Below are positions 31,330-42,394 of a stretch of 64,000 nt of DNA, piece by piece; the first letter of the stretch is position 1; each line of letters starts with the position of its first letter. The DNA lies in the NCBI GenBank assembly GCA_963749495.1, contig CAVVMW010000014.1, positions 352,001 through 416,000 on the forward strand. Reading direction: 5' to 3'. The translations under genes were made by a program, and so were the position numbers. The stretch comes from an uncultured bacterium. Its GTDB lineage: Bacteria; Verrucomicrobiota; Verrucomicrobiia; Limisphaerales; UBA8199. Below the pieces are notes generated by a model that was not told the origin of the DNA, did not search any database, and worked only from the letters and a program-made list of their open reading frames with translations.

Positions 31330-32062
31330 CAATCGCTGGTGCCGCCGCTGGTGGAACCGCACGTCCACGCCCTGCTGGTCGCCGACGACATCCGCCTGGG
31401 CGCTCTCGACGACCTGCGCGAGCGCGTTGCCGCCTACCGCGCCTCGGTGTGCGAGCACTTCAAGCCCGAGAACCTGCCTGCCCGCATGTTTCGGGTCACC
31501 CGCCCCATTACCACCCGCACCTTCGAACTCAAGTCCGAGATCGACCTCGCCAACGTGCTCGGCTACATGATCAAGGTCGTCAACCTGCCGCAATGTTACC
31601 TGGCCGGATGGCCGCAAGCCGAAGCCAACGACCGCTCCGGCGTGCCGTGGCTCAACCAGGGCGTCGATGACATCGTTCGAGGCTTCGAGATGAACGTGGG
31701 GTATTCCCTTCTGGTGGGAACGGTTCGTGCCGCGAAGACGAGGCAAGCCCCGGGCCCGCCGTCCGTCGCGCCGCCAGTTCGGCTACATGGGCGCGATGCA
31801 CAACCGCCACAGGGCCTACGTCGGTGTCCCTTGCGACGACCGCGACACGTTGAGCCAAAGGCAGGTGATTGCTGCCATGCTCACGGACCAGACCGCCCAG
31901 AAGCTGATGGGCGCATGGCAGCCGGACTGGCTGGGCCAGTCGATTGAGGAGTTGGCCGGCCACGCGGAGGCTGGGGACAGCCCCGGTGCAAGCCAGGAGG
32001 AGCATGACCAGGAGGACGACCAGGCCAATCGGGAGGCCGGGCACCGTGAGCAGGGAGCCTGA
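31330..32062 (+). pseudogene. C-terminal fragment of an HUH rolling-circle replication initiator (Rep_1-like), frameshift near 31740
   Basis: EPHVHALL (HUH motif 2), VLGYMIK (YxxK motif 3), later RRQFGYMG. Confidence 0.6.
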
Positions 32063-32686
32063 CGCCTCCATTAAACAGGTCTCCTTGGGCCGCATTTGGC
32101 CTGGCGGCCCGGTCAGGCGCAGGACGAGGTGTCCCTGGCCCCCGGGCCCGCCGACCGGGCCGGCGCTCGGGGACGCGCTATGGAAGTGTCGGGCAAGACC
32201 CCACCGGTTCATGAACGAACACAATCTGGAGGCGCTCGTCGCGGACTGTATCCTGTCGGAACCGAGGGGCCCGGTCAGCGGACCACTGGGTCGGCACCAC
32301 GGACGGTTCCGTCTTGCCCTTCTGGACCGGGCTCCAGTGGCAGGGTCACCGGTGTGCCAGCAATGCGCTCTGCGGCACCGGCCCTGTCGGCCCCGCATGT
32401 GATTTGCGAATGCCCCGGCACCATGACATCGCTGCCCTTTACGAATGAGAATCCGCGTCCGCAAAGCTCGCACTTTCGTAAACGAATTCAAGTTCGCTGC
32501 GCCCCCAAAAAGTCCGTTCTACCCGGTGTAGTTAAAAGTGCGGGCCACTGGAGCAGCCCGGCCTGAGAACGAATATGAACGGTGAAAACTTAATGCTTTG
32601 TCCTGCCTCGGTGCCCTCTTGGGCAGCGGGGCTCACCGTTCTCCCGTCTCCTCCAGGCCGGGGCAGGACTCACGTTCGTCCCCGCC

Positions 32687-33235
32687 ATGTTGCGAACAAT
32701 AGTCGAGGCTGACATCATGAGCACCAACACCTGGATTCAATTCCGCACACAGCTCTTCGAGATGATGGAGGAGCGGCGTGCCAAAGTCGCCCTCTTCCGT
32801 TTAGAGCAGGTGTACTTCTTCATCTCTCGGTGCTCGAAATTGTTCACCTCGCCTGGGGCGAAGGATGGGCAGGACGCGTTGAGAGCGATCCAGGATGAAG
32901 GCACTTTTTTGCTGGTGGCGGATTCGCTGCCGGCGTTTCTCGCGAGGCTCCGGGCCCTCGGGGGTGAGGAGGAAGCGAACCAGCCAGTCGCCGTACAGCC
33001 TGACCCGCAACCCACCGACCGGGGCGCTCGCCAAACCCCACAACCCGACGCCGATGTGAGTCGCAACGCGGCGAGACCTAAACCAGGGCTGAAACGTCCG
33101 ATTACACACTGCACCGAGCATCAACCGCCACACCACCCCCAGCCGACATCCGATGCCCGACGCAGCTCGGCCGGCCCTTTTGACGCGGACCGAATCAAAC
33201 AGATCCTGAACGACACCCTGAATATCCAAGGCTGA
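32687..33235 (+). CDS. Hypothetical protein
   Basis: 182-aa ORF with a plausible helical N-terminus; no recognised motif. Confidence 0.4.
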   Translation: MLRTIVEADIMSTNTWIQFRTQLFEMMEERRAKVALFRLEQVYFFISRCSKLFTSPGAKDGQDALRAIQDEGTFLLVADSLPAFLARLRALGGEEEANQPVAVQPDPQPTDRGARQTPQPDADVSRNAARPKPGLKRPITHCTEHQPPHHPQPTSDARRSSAGPFDADRIKQILNDTLNIQG

Positions 33236-33540
33236 TCAGGACCGTGGATTATTCTCTGTCCCCGCACTGCGCTCGCGGCTCCAGGGGTGTGCGCCCGGCG
33301 GGTATGTCGACTATGCCAGCCCGGTGCTGCGGCTCGATCCCCTCGGTCGGGAGGAGCTGCTCGTGCTCCTCCACAACGTGCGCCGCATCCACGCGCTCGG
33401 CGACGAATCCAGGTACCGCCTGCCGGACGAGGCAATCGAGCGCTTCCTCGGTCGGGCGCTCTCGCGGTTCGGGCGCACGGCGTTGGCAAATCCCCGGGAC
33501 GTGCGGAGTCTTTTGGCCCGGCTCGTGGGCGCCATCCATC
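33234..33540 (+). pseudogene. Fragment of a DUF2791/BrxD-like ATP-binding protein
   Basis: Across frameshifts: DQDRGLFS..ALRSRL, YVDYASPVLRLDPL..EELLVLLHNVR.IHA.GD...Y.LPDEAI..F. Confidence 0.6.
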
Positions 33541-34138
33541 GCCGCCCTCGATGCTTTGGCCTGTCGGCGACACTTGGCGATCCGTTCGCGGCACGATCCT
33601 TCCTGAATCAGGATAACCCCAACGCGGTGCGCGTCATTTCCGATAGGTCCACGGCGCGTGCCATTTCAGTTGAAGTAATCGCATGACCCCAAACCCGCAG
33701 AGCAGCACGAGCATTAGCGGGACGGCGCCCGCTTGGCCATAGATTAAGTTCCGAATCCCAGCCATAGAGTTCTGTGGAATGGTTGGGTTAAACCGGGGAT
33801 TTGTAAACCCTCGTTTGCGGTCGAGGGGCCAGAACCAGTTGGCAGGCGTCCGGGCGACCAACAACTGGCGCACCGGCTTCGCGTACGACGGCACGATGCG
33901 CCTCCGGCGGCATGGCCGGCCTTTTTGCCCGCGCGGACAACGGCGCCGGCACCCTTGCCTACTGCCAGGGAAGGTGTCAAACGCTGTTGTGATAATGCAA
34001 GAAAATTCTTGACAAGCCAAGCCGCTTGACCCATTGTTGCTCATGAATGGGTGTAACCCTGTTCACGCGCGCGGCGCCGAGACCACCGGCGTGGGTAAAA
34101 ACCAAATGCAAATCAGTGACTGAACGAGAGGAATCATT

Positions 34139-35017
34139 ATGCCTAAGTTAGATGTGACAGAGCTCAAAAACATGCTGCGCTCCCTCGAGGCGCGCTGGCA
34201 GGCCGAAGAGCAGCCCGAGCGCCGTCTTGGCTACACCCCAGGGCTGGAAGAGCACTCCCTGCAAACGCGGGAAATGCTCGCCCATTCCAACCACCAACAC
34301 TTTATGGCGACGGCGGCGGTCGCAGGCCCCCCGCCCCCGCCGCCTTTCCTGCCGGCGATTGACTGGCGAGCGTTCCCGGGGGGCAGTGGCTGCCCCGCAG
34401 GCAACTACGTGACGCCCATTGAGGATCAAGGGAATTGTGGGTCGTGCGTCGCCTTCGGAACCGTCGCCGCCATCGAATCGGCGAAGCGCCTCGGGGCCAA
34501 GAATCCAAATCTTCCGGCTGACGAGTCGGAAGCCGACTTGTTTTATTGTCATGGCGGCATCAACCCGGGTCCAACCTGTGAAACCGGTTGGAACGTCGGC
34601 GCTGCCTTGAACGTTTGCCAGAAAGTCGGCATCGTCAACGCCACCTGCTTCCCTTATACTGCCGGCGATCAGCCTTGCAAGAAATGTGCCAACTGGCGCC
34701 AACGGCTGACCAAGATCACCGGGTCTGTCCAGCTAACCGCAACGGCGGCCATGAAACAATGGCTCGACAACAACGGTCCACTGATTACTTGCTTTAGCGT
34801 GTATGCGGATTTTTACAACTATCGTAACGGCGTTTACCACCATGTCGCCAGCGCGCTCGAGGGCGGCCATTGCGTTTGTGTGGTTGGCTATAATAACCCT
34901 GGCGGCTACTGGATTTGCAAGAACAGTTGGAGCGCCGCCTGGGGGATGCAAGGGTTTTTCAACATCGCCTACGGGCAGTGCGGCATCAATGCTGCCATGT
35001 GGGGCGTCAAACTCTAA
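34139..35017 (+). CDS. Papain-like cysteine protease (C1A), no signal peptide
   Basis: IDWR, DQGNCGSCVAF (Gln/Cys), GGHCV (His), WICKNSW (Asn), WG..GFF.IAYGQCGI. Confidence 0.95.
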   Translation: MPKLDVTELKNMLRSLEARWQAEEQPERRLGYTPGLEEHSLQTREMLAHSNHQHFMATAAVAGPPPPPPFLPAIDWRAFPGGSGCPAGNYVTPIEDQGNCGSCVAFGTVAAIESAKRLGAKNPNLPADESEADLFYCHGGINPGPTCETGWNVGAALNVCQKVGIVNATCFPYTAGDQPCKKCANWRQRLTKITGSVQLTATAAMKQWLDNNGPLITCFSVYADFYNYRNGVYHHVASALEGGHCVCVVGYNNPGGYWICKNSWSAAWGMQGFFNIAYGQCGINAAMWGVKL

Positions 35018-35033
35018 CGCTACGGCGAAGACC

Positions 35034-35360
35034 ATGGCTGTTTTGAGCTGCCACGAGCAAGATGACGGGAAGGCTATTGAAATTCAAGCAGGTAAGCGAA
35101 TCGTCATTGATCTTAAAGAGAGTCCCACCACCGGCTATAAATGGACTGATCCTTTGTTCGATAAGCAGTTTCTCGGTCTTGAGGCCAATGAATTCAAATT
35201 GGGACCGCAGGCCGCCGTTGGGGGCGGAGGGACGAGGCATCTTGTGTTCGTTGCCAAGCTTCCGGGCAACACTCCCATTACTCTGATAAACAAACGGCCC
35301 TGGGAGGGCTCGGGGCCTCCGGTGGGGAAATTCACCATCATGGTCAGAATCGTGAAGTAA
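35034..35360 (+). CDS. Chagasin-family (I42) cysteine protease inhibitor
   Basis: Loops L.ESPTTGYKW, VGGGG and RPWE; ATG 16 bp after the protease stop. Confidence 0.92.
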   Translation: MAVLSCHEQDDGKAIEIQAGKRIVIDLKESPTTGYKWTDPLFDKQFLGLEANEFKLGPQAAVGGGGTRHLVFVAKLPGNTPITLINKRPWEGSGPPVGKFTIMVRIVK

Positions 35361-35519
35361 GCGCCGATGGTCTGGAAGGTGTCAAACCATAACTTTGCAC
35401 ATTTGGTTGACAACCGAGGCGGGTTTTGGCAGCGCGGCAAGAGCGAAGTGAGAAGTTATGGCGTAACTGTTTAGCACACCTACCCCCTGACGGTGGCGGG
35501 CGGGAGGAAGTAGCTTAGT

Positions 35520-35662
35520 TAGAGCCTGTCCCAAAAGCTCCGATTCCGAACCTTTGTCGCGTCCTTCGTCGCCAACTTTGTCGAAAAATGGCCAATCCGA
35601 CAAAGGTCGAGACAAGGGTTGCGAGGAGGTTTTCCACTCGCCGGGTTCCTTGGGACAGGCTC
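35520..35662. mobile_element. Diverged copy of the GAGCCTGTCCCAAAA MITE
   Basis: TAGAGCCTGTCCCAAAAGCTC ... TTGGGACAGGCTC with CTTTGTCG repeats. Confidence 0.8.
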
Positions 35663-36506
35663 CGGTTACTTAGAAGGTGTGGGGCAGACCTGAACGCTTA
35701 CCCCCCATGCGTCGGCATCTACACAAATCGGAAATGCCTTCGAGGTCAGAAACAACGCATCCGTGTCCTGTCCCTCCGGGACAAGACGCGGGGGCGTGGG
35801 CCTCTGCGGCGATAGCGCAGAATCCTCCTCTCATGCAGCAGCGCCTTCACCGCCGTTAGGATGCTTCGGGTCGCGAACCGAAGTTCCCAGCGGGTTTCCT
35901 GGCACGACTCGCTCGCGACGCCGTTCACGACCTCCCAATAAGGCACGGCTTCGCGTCGGCGTTCGCGGAGGAAACCCAAGACGGCATCCTGCCACTCCTC
36001 CTGGAAGGCATCTTCGGTCCAATGCCGGGGTTCCGGCTTGGCAGTGGAACGTGGGCTTGTAGTCGGTATTGATTTCGTCGGCGGTCGCCAACCCGCCACA
36101 GGCGTTATCAGAGTATTCATCGCAATACTTACCAGCGGCGAGCATGAGATGCTCGTTGTCGGATTTGTGGCCAGCGCCGGGTATATGTCGCGACCCTGGC
36201 TGCGTTGCAACCGGCGCAGCGGCGGCGTGTCGGCGTCCGAGGGCTGCGCGACGCGGGCCGGCGTTTACGCCAGCAATGTCGCGGTCGTGGAGTTGCCCGA
36301 AACAATTCGCATCGAGGAGCCAGAGTACGTGCCGGTCGCGCCTGTTAAACAAGACGCCGCTGTTAAACAAGACGCCGTTACGCCCAGCCAGCCATGGCCC
36401 AGGCACGTGCCGATGAAGCGGCGGGAACGCACGAACCGTAAAGCTCACGGACCTTAACAATGTTAATGTCCAGGCATCGAGGCGGCGTAACGGCCTTCGT
36501 GGGGTA

Positions 36507-37563
36507 GTTACGGCGTGAAACTGAAGACGACCACGCTCGACGGCGCCGAATTCGCGAGCCCGGCTTTTAACGGCGGCAAACGTCCGTCAAATCGGCACGG
36601 TAAGAGCGCCTTCGTGAGGCTCGACCAGGACCAACGCAACATGTTTTGACACACTCGACCTGCGGAATTTGACAGAGCCTTTGATGTCGCCGGCAAAAGG
36701 AATCCGCGTCAAGCTCAGCCACGCCCAGGAGGCAACCTTGGCAGGGAGGAGCGCGTCAAATTGGATTGCGCTTTTTGACAGGCCGTTTGTTGCCCGCCGC
36801 AATGCAACGGCCTCCCAACAACTGGGTTAGACGCCGTTCTGTCACATTTGACAGAGGAGGCAGGCCGAGTGTTGACCAGCATTTGCCGGGGGACGCCCCA
36901 GTTGACCCAACCAACCCAGCACGTGTTCTTGCCGCAGGCTTTATTTCCCTGTTCCAGCGAGTCCTGCGGGCAAGTCGCCGCGATTGACGATCCACGGGTC
37001 AGCCAGCAACTCCTTGACGTTATTATTCCTGGCCAGGCTCCATTTCGCGTCCCAGCTCATGAAAAACACCGCCTTGGGAAAGTCCTTCTTCACGCCTTCG
37101 AGGAACCGCCGGTAATCGTAATCGCCCGGTGGATTGCGCGAGCCGTGAGGGCCGTACTCCGTGAAGCCAAATGGCTTCTGGATCTTCGCCACCTCGGCAT
37201 AGCCCTTGGAGATCGGCGTAATCCGTCCCCACCAAGGCAGGCCACTGGCCGGTCCGGTCGTGGATCTCGTCCATCAGGCGCAGAGTCGTGCTACGGCCAA
37301 AACCTGTGAATTGGCCCGAGACCAATCGCCTATCCTGGCGGGCGCTGAGGCCCTGGAAATAGTCGAGAATAGCCCTGGCTTTGGCGTTGGCATTCGGGTT
37401 GGCAGGCTCCAGCGCGCTGGCGGCAGCACAGGCAAACAAGAAGCTCAACACCAGGAGCCGGCAGAAAAGCGGTTTCATTGTGCTTTGGATGACGAGTCAT
37501 GGCCGTATGTTCAATCGCGGCCCGGTGCTCCAGTTCAAACCGCTCCGCCTGGGCTGCCGCGTG
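36507..37563 (-). repeat. 1057-bp segment, inverted copy of 62859-63915
   Basis: Mirror-image ORF sets (coordinates sum to 100422); I found only two substitutions. Confidence 0.95.
36941..37478 (-). pseudogene. GH26-like glycoside hydrolase with an internal deletion
   Basis: Signal peptide, PANPNA...A..IL.Y, SGQ, TGQWPALVG.DY joined out of frame to KPFGFTEYGP..FMSW. Confidence 0.7.
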
Positions 37564-37765
37564 TCTCCGCTAAGGCGGCAATGATCCGTTCCCGGCAGGC
37601 CCTGACCCACCGTTCATCCTTTTCAATCCCAATGAACTGGAACCCATTGAGTATGGCAGCAACACCGGTGGTTCCGGTGCCGCAAAAGAGGTCCAGAACG
37701 CTTCCTCCTGGCGGCGTGATGAGCCTGACCAGGTAGTTCATCAGCGCAGGCCCGACGGGCTTGGT
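37564..37765 (-). pseudogene. C-terminal fragment of an N4/N6 DNA methyltransferase
   Basis: KP..LMNYLVRLITPPGGSVLDLFCGTGTTGVAA....FIGIE. Confidence 0.85.
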
Positions 37766-38045
37766 GCTGGGGAGTGACGGAGCACTTTATGGGACCACCG
37801 AGTACCATGGGAAGAATGGCGGAGGGACAGCGTTCAAGCTGAAGCCCGACGGCAGCGATTTCAGCATCTTGCACAACTTCCCCGGCACTGAAGGGGATGG
37901 GCAGAATCCATCTGCCAGCATGGTGCAAGGGAGTGACGGGGCGTTGTATGGCATGACAAAAACATGCAGCACCAACAGCTTCGCCACAGTGTTCAGGCTT
38001 TCCTCTTCTGTCTCCCGACCGATGCCTACACCCCCAACAAAGTGA
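37755..38045 (+). pseudogene. Fragment of a choice-of-anchor GloVer tandem-repeat protein
   Basis: L.LGSDGALYGTT..G..G.GT.FK, ILHNF..DG.NP...VQGSDGALYG. Confidence 0.8.
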
Positions 38046-38176
38046 CGAAATGTAGGCCTTGCCAACCAGCCAGCTTCTCTGGAGGGTCACGCTGGTCACA
38101 TCGAAGACGAGGTGTCCCGGCCCAACCGCTGCTCATGGGCAGCAGCAGGTCACTGCCGGTGCCAGAGGCCACGGTG

Positions 38177-39607
38177 TTAGGAGCGTGGCATGGCGTCGGG
38201 CCGTGGCTCCATCCGAGGTCTTGCGACTGCACTGCCAACTACCATGAGTCCCAACCCGGTCCAGAGGGCGAGAATGACGTACATGGCCGCAAAGAATGGC
38301 GCAATAGACTGCACGCTGGCCCGGTCGGCAGACGGGTTCAACACCGCGACCAGAAGCGGGCCAACGCAGACAAGAGCCGCCGTTAGACCCAGCAGCCAGG
38401 CTCGTGCGCATCCTCCCGTGCGTCGCCAAAGACCAAATGGCAGCGCGGTGAAGATGAGGTAAGGCCAACCAAATCCTTTGCCGGTTTCTTTCGCCAAAAT
38501 CCAAAGCTGCCCGATGAACCGGCCCAGTTCATCGGTTGGGCGGTAACGCTCATACTGGCCACGGGTAATCCCGTGGAAAAAGCCCTCCACCGTGCGAGCA
38601 TAGGCCCAGTTCACCGGCGGGTTCGTCATCGATGAGAGCGGCAGGTAAAAATACCATCCCAGCCCCAGGAAGAACAGGAGTCCGCACAAACCCGCTGATT
38701 TCCACTCCGAACCAAAGCGTCGAGTTCTGACAATCACAGCCACAGCCGCAATGCCGACCAGCAAAAATGCGCCCAGGAACCCGGCGCTTCCCAGCATGTC
38801 TGAACCGAACCACCGGGACAGGCCAAGCGCACTGAGCGCCCAATCGGTAACCGCCAGCAGGGAGATGACCAAGGACAAATCCCGCCCCAGTCCTCGGTCG
38901 CGTAAAAGGACCAGCAACAGAAGGGCCGGTAGCAGGACGAGCAGTTCTTGATTGCTGGTCAGGAGCAGGCCGAAAACAAAAAATGCTCCGCCAAGAAACC
39001 GCCTGCGTTCCGGTCTGCCCGTCCAGCGGAGCAATAGACAAAGCACTGTCGCAAAGAGCAAAACGCTCAAAGCCCAAATCTCGGTGACGACCGCCATGCT
39101 CCAAACCACTTGGCTCAAACCGAGCGCCATTCCCGCAAGGAAGCCGCAGCCGACCCGAAGCAGTTTTTGCTCTGGCAGTTCCCGGCTTGTAAACGCGGGC
39201 GTGGTTTCCAAGAGCATGGCTCCCGCCCGTGACACCATCAGGGCCACCAGGCCGGATGCCAGCGAGGCTGCAACCGCCGACCCCACCGCCACGCGCCACG
39301 CAATATTCGAGAACGGGAGCAGCTTGGTGAAAAGCCAGGAATAAAGGGTCCAAACTGGAAAGCCGGGCGGATGCGCCACGCCCGCGTACTTGGCACTGGT
39401 GGAAAGCAGGCCGGAATACTCCAGCGTTACCTCCGGGGCGAGCGTCCGCAAATAGACCACCAGGAGCACGACTGATGTAAACCAAAAGCTCAGCCAGTCT
39501 GTTCGTTGGAAGAACGGGCCGGTTGCAAATGACGCCTTGCCCGCCTTATCGCCAGGTCGCCCAGCAGGGGTGACCTGTGCCTGCGGTTGGTCTGCGTCAT
39601 CGGTCAT
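38177..39607 (-). CDS. DUF2723/TMEM260-like membrane glycosyltransferase (N-terminal membrane part)
   Basis: YLRTLAPEVTLEYSG, GVAHPPGFPVWTL, NIAWRVA, YLPLSSMTNPPVNW, TRGQY. Confidence 0.8.
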   Translation of the reverse strand: MTDDADQPQAQVTPAGRPGDKAGKASFATGPFFQRTDWLSFWFTSVVLLVVYLRTLAPEVTLEYSGLLSTSAKYAGVAHPPGFPVWTLYSWLFTKLLPFSNIAWRVAVGSAVAASLASGLVALMVSRAGAMLLETTPAFTSRELPEQKLLRVGCGFLAGMALGLSQVVWSMAVVTEIWALSVLLFATVLCLLLRWTGRPERRRFLGGAFFVFGLLLTSNQELLVLLPALLLLVLLRDRGLGRDLSLVISLLAVTDWALSALGLSRWFGSDMLGSAGFLGAFLLVGIAAVAVIVRTRRFGSEWKSAGLCGLLFFLGLGWYFYLPLSSMTNPPVNWAYARTVEGFFHGITRGQYERYRPTDELGRFIGQLWILAKETGKGFGWPYLIFTALPFGLWRRTGGCARAWLLGLTAALVCVGPLLVAVLNPSADRASVQSIAPFFAAMYVILALWTGLGLMVVGSAVARPRMEPRPDAMPRS

Positions 39608-39630
39608 CGCGGTAATGAATATTCCAATGG

Positions 39631-40755
39631 ATGGACACCGCGGAGCGAGGTTTTGTTTATTTGATTCCCTCACAAGGCGTTGCGATAGGGCGTTTCAAGC
39701 TGGAACGTCCGGCCAAGGAATCCTTCTATATGTGGGGCAAACCCTGGCTCACTGTCGAATTCAAGCTGGTTTCGACCAAGACGGCCACGATTCATCGGCT
39801 GGCAAACCCCAGTTTCTATCGGCAGTTCCGATGCTTTGTGGGCGGCGAAACCGGCATTGACGACGCTCAAGGGTTTTGGCGAGGTGCCTTTAAGCGTTAC
39901 CGGGACGGGTCCTTTGGCTACATCTTGAGTTGACGGTTTCCACGGGATTCCAAATGGGTTAAGTTCAGAATCGAGCAGCGAATGACTGAGGACGGCCCCT
40001 GGCGCAGCATAGCAAACTTCAGAATAAAAAATCCCTCTCATCCTGCCAATCAGCCATGGAGTGCTGAGACCATTCCTGCTGCCAAGATGCTCAACGGCCT
40101 GGAATTCGCCCTCGGAGGATTGACCCTGGAAGCTCCGCCCCTTGACGGAAGGGATATTTGGAATCATATCGTGAGTCTGCGGCTGCGCGTCCGAACCAAC
40201 GCGGTCACGCTGACAAACTGGTCCGCCGCCCGCGTCGAAGGCGAAGACGCTAGCAGCAATTGGGGGTATTTTGAAGACAGCGGCGCGGTTACGAATGATT
40301 GGACTCTGTACTGGGGCTGGTCCGGCTTGGACCCCAGGTTCGTGTGGAAGCTCGACATCGATTTTTGGCCCATATCGGATTTCGCTCCTGAGAACCTGCA
40401 TCGTTTTCAAGTGCCGGTTCCGCTGTCCGGGCCGATTCCGACAAACTCCGCTGGCATCCCTTTGGAGATTAGCTGGGTCAACCAGAACATGCTCTCGGTC
40501 CAAATGCTCACGAATCGTCCCGACTTGCGCGTATCGTTCGCCACAGCCAAGGACCGAGAGGGCCGAAACCTGGACAATCCCAGCGGTAATTGGAATCAAG
40601 GCGGCTTCTGGCGAGGATTAAAGCTCGAGGGAACCACCGAATTTGTGGAGGCGACTATCGCCATCGTGCCCAATGTGCATGTCACCTACTATGTCCAGCC
40701 GAAGTTGGTTCCGCTCTCAGGCCAAAATCAGTCGCCACACGGGCAATCCCCCTGA
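39631..40755 (+). pseudogene. Hypothetical protein split by an in-frame stop at 39931
   Basis: ORFs 39631-39933 and 39982-40755 are in the same frame. Confidence 0.45.
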
Positions 40756-41373
40756 ATCGCCCGGCGCGGTCGCCAAGGAGGTGGGGATGAGGAATCCCTC
40801 GGAAGGAAACCGACCGCCACCGGGCATTGGCGGGATACAAATCCTGGCCCCGATCGTCAAGCACCTTGCTCGTCGTGCAGACCTCGTGCCCCCTGCAGCC
40901 CGGCACGCCATCACGACGAGGTTGGCCATGGGGTCGGACCCGAGCCACACGCAGTTGCCCGGCACGGCGTCCAGCGACAGGGAGAGGCCCAAGGGCATCT
41001 CCGGGCGGCGCGGGCGAGCGTCGAGCGGCCAGCACCAACCGGGTCATTCCGAACCCGTCCTCCCTGCTGGCCTTCGTCGCCTATTTCGTCCTCAATGGCG
41101 CAGTGTTCCTGTCCCTGTTCCGCTGCTGCTACCGTCGTGACGCCGGTCGGCACCACGTCAACCGTGGACCGCAACACGTGGTGGTCGGCGACCGCGAGTT
41201 ACAGCACTATCAGCAACGCCATCGGGTCTCTGGTTTTGACCTCTGTCGTCCACATTGTTGGCGGGGCTAATCCGGGCAATTCATTGCTCGGCACGTTTAC
41301 CGGCACTGGCTGGCCGACTGGAGGAACACAACAAAAGACTCGCAGTGGCCCGGCAGAGTCTTAGACTCCGCGC

Positions 41374-41718
41374 ATGAACCCGATAAAGCAAATGTTGACG
41401 GAAGGCAACGGCACGTGGTCGCTGCTGCGCGTGTGCGTATTGGTAATCATCGCGGAACTGCTCTTCGAGCACGTTTACAGCCTCGTCCAGGAGGGCAAAC
41501 CCATGCCCTGGAATTACCAGGATGTGCTCGCGCTCGTTGGGGCGCTGGGCGCAAAGGTTGCGCAAAAGCCGATGGAAGCTCGTGGGCCGCAGACGACAAC
41601 ACCCGCTTCTAACCAGCCTGGCGTCGTCGACGCTTCCACGTTCAAGCGGCTTCTCGTCATCATACTCATCATTTCCAGCGCCAGCCTGCTCACTTCAGGA
41701 CCGTGCCGATTCTTGTAG
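41374..41718 (+). CDS. Small holin-like membrane protein
   Basis: E.NG.WS..R, two hydrophobic helices, GAKVAQK..E. Confidence 0.45.
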   Translation: MNPIKQMLTEGNGTWSLLRVCVLVIIAELLFEHVYSLVQEGKPMPWNYQDVLALVGALGAKVAQKPMEARGPQTTTPASNQPGVVDASTFKRLLVIILIISSASLLTSGPCRFL

Positions 41719-41833
41719 CCCGCCGGATGAGCCAAGTCGAGGCAGGCCGTGTGGACGACTTGCCGGGCCTTGTACGGAAAGCGGCTATGGTTGCACAAAA
41801 CCGAAGTGAGATGGAAGGGTGGGAGGCAACGTC

Positions 41834-42250
41834 ATGCAACAACGCACCATCCTGATTCTTGAAGATGATGACGACCGCATCCGGGGCTTCAGGAGTGCCG
41901 TGGCCTCACTGGGGCAGGAGGTCGGTGTCAGGCTGTGGCACGATGCTCCGGCGATGGTGGTGGAGTCTCCAGCCTGCTTGGCCAAGGCGTGCCTGATTTC
42001 ACTCGACCATGATTTGGCGGCAACGCCCGGAGAGGCAGACCCCGGCACCGGTTTGGATGTGGCGGAGTTCCTGAGCCTACACCCGCCCACGTGTCCGGTC
42101 ATCCTCCACACGAGCAACTTTGACGGGCGGTTGTCGATGCACAACAGGCTCCGGGCTGCCGGATGGACGGTTGCGACGGTGCCGCCGAGAGAACCCGACT
42201 GGATTCAAGCCTCGTGGCTGCCCATCGCCAGGAGATTGGCTGAACTCTGA
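41834..42250 (+). CDS. Cyclic-phosphate-processing receiver (cREC) domain protein
   Basis: LILEDD..R, ISLDHDL, GTGLDVA.FL, ILHTSN. Confidence 0.8.
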   Translation: MQQRTILILEDDDDRIRGFRSAVASLGQEVGVRLWHDAPAMVVESPACLAKACLISLDHDLAATPGEADPGTGLDVAEFLSLHPPTCPVILHTSNFDGRLSMHNRLRAAGWTVATVPPREPDWIQASWLPIARRLAEL

Positions 42251-42394
42251 GGCAGACGTGACCTCACCCCGGCGCGGCACTTGTGGACGGGAGACGCTTC
42301 CGCCCGGTCATCCTGAACGGCAGGGTCAGGCGATGGGGGCTGTAGCGGAAATCGCCGTCTTGCCCTCCGCCGCCATAAAGCGGACACTCAGCCC

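Noticed and set aside
36341..36378. 18-bp direct repeat CTGTTAAACAAGACGCCG x2 as an iteron or att site
   Set aside because: Only two in-frame copies, consistent with a local slippage duplication.
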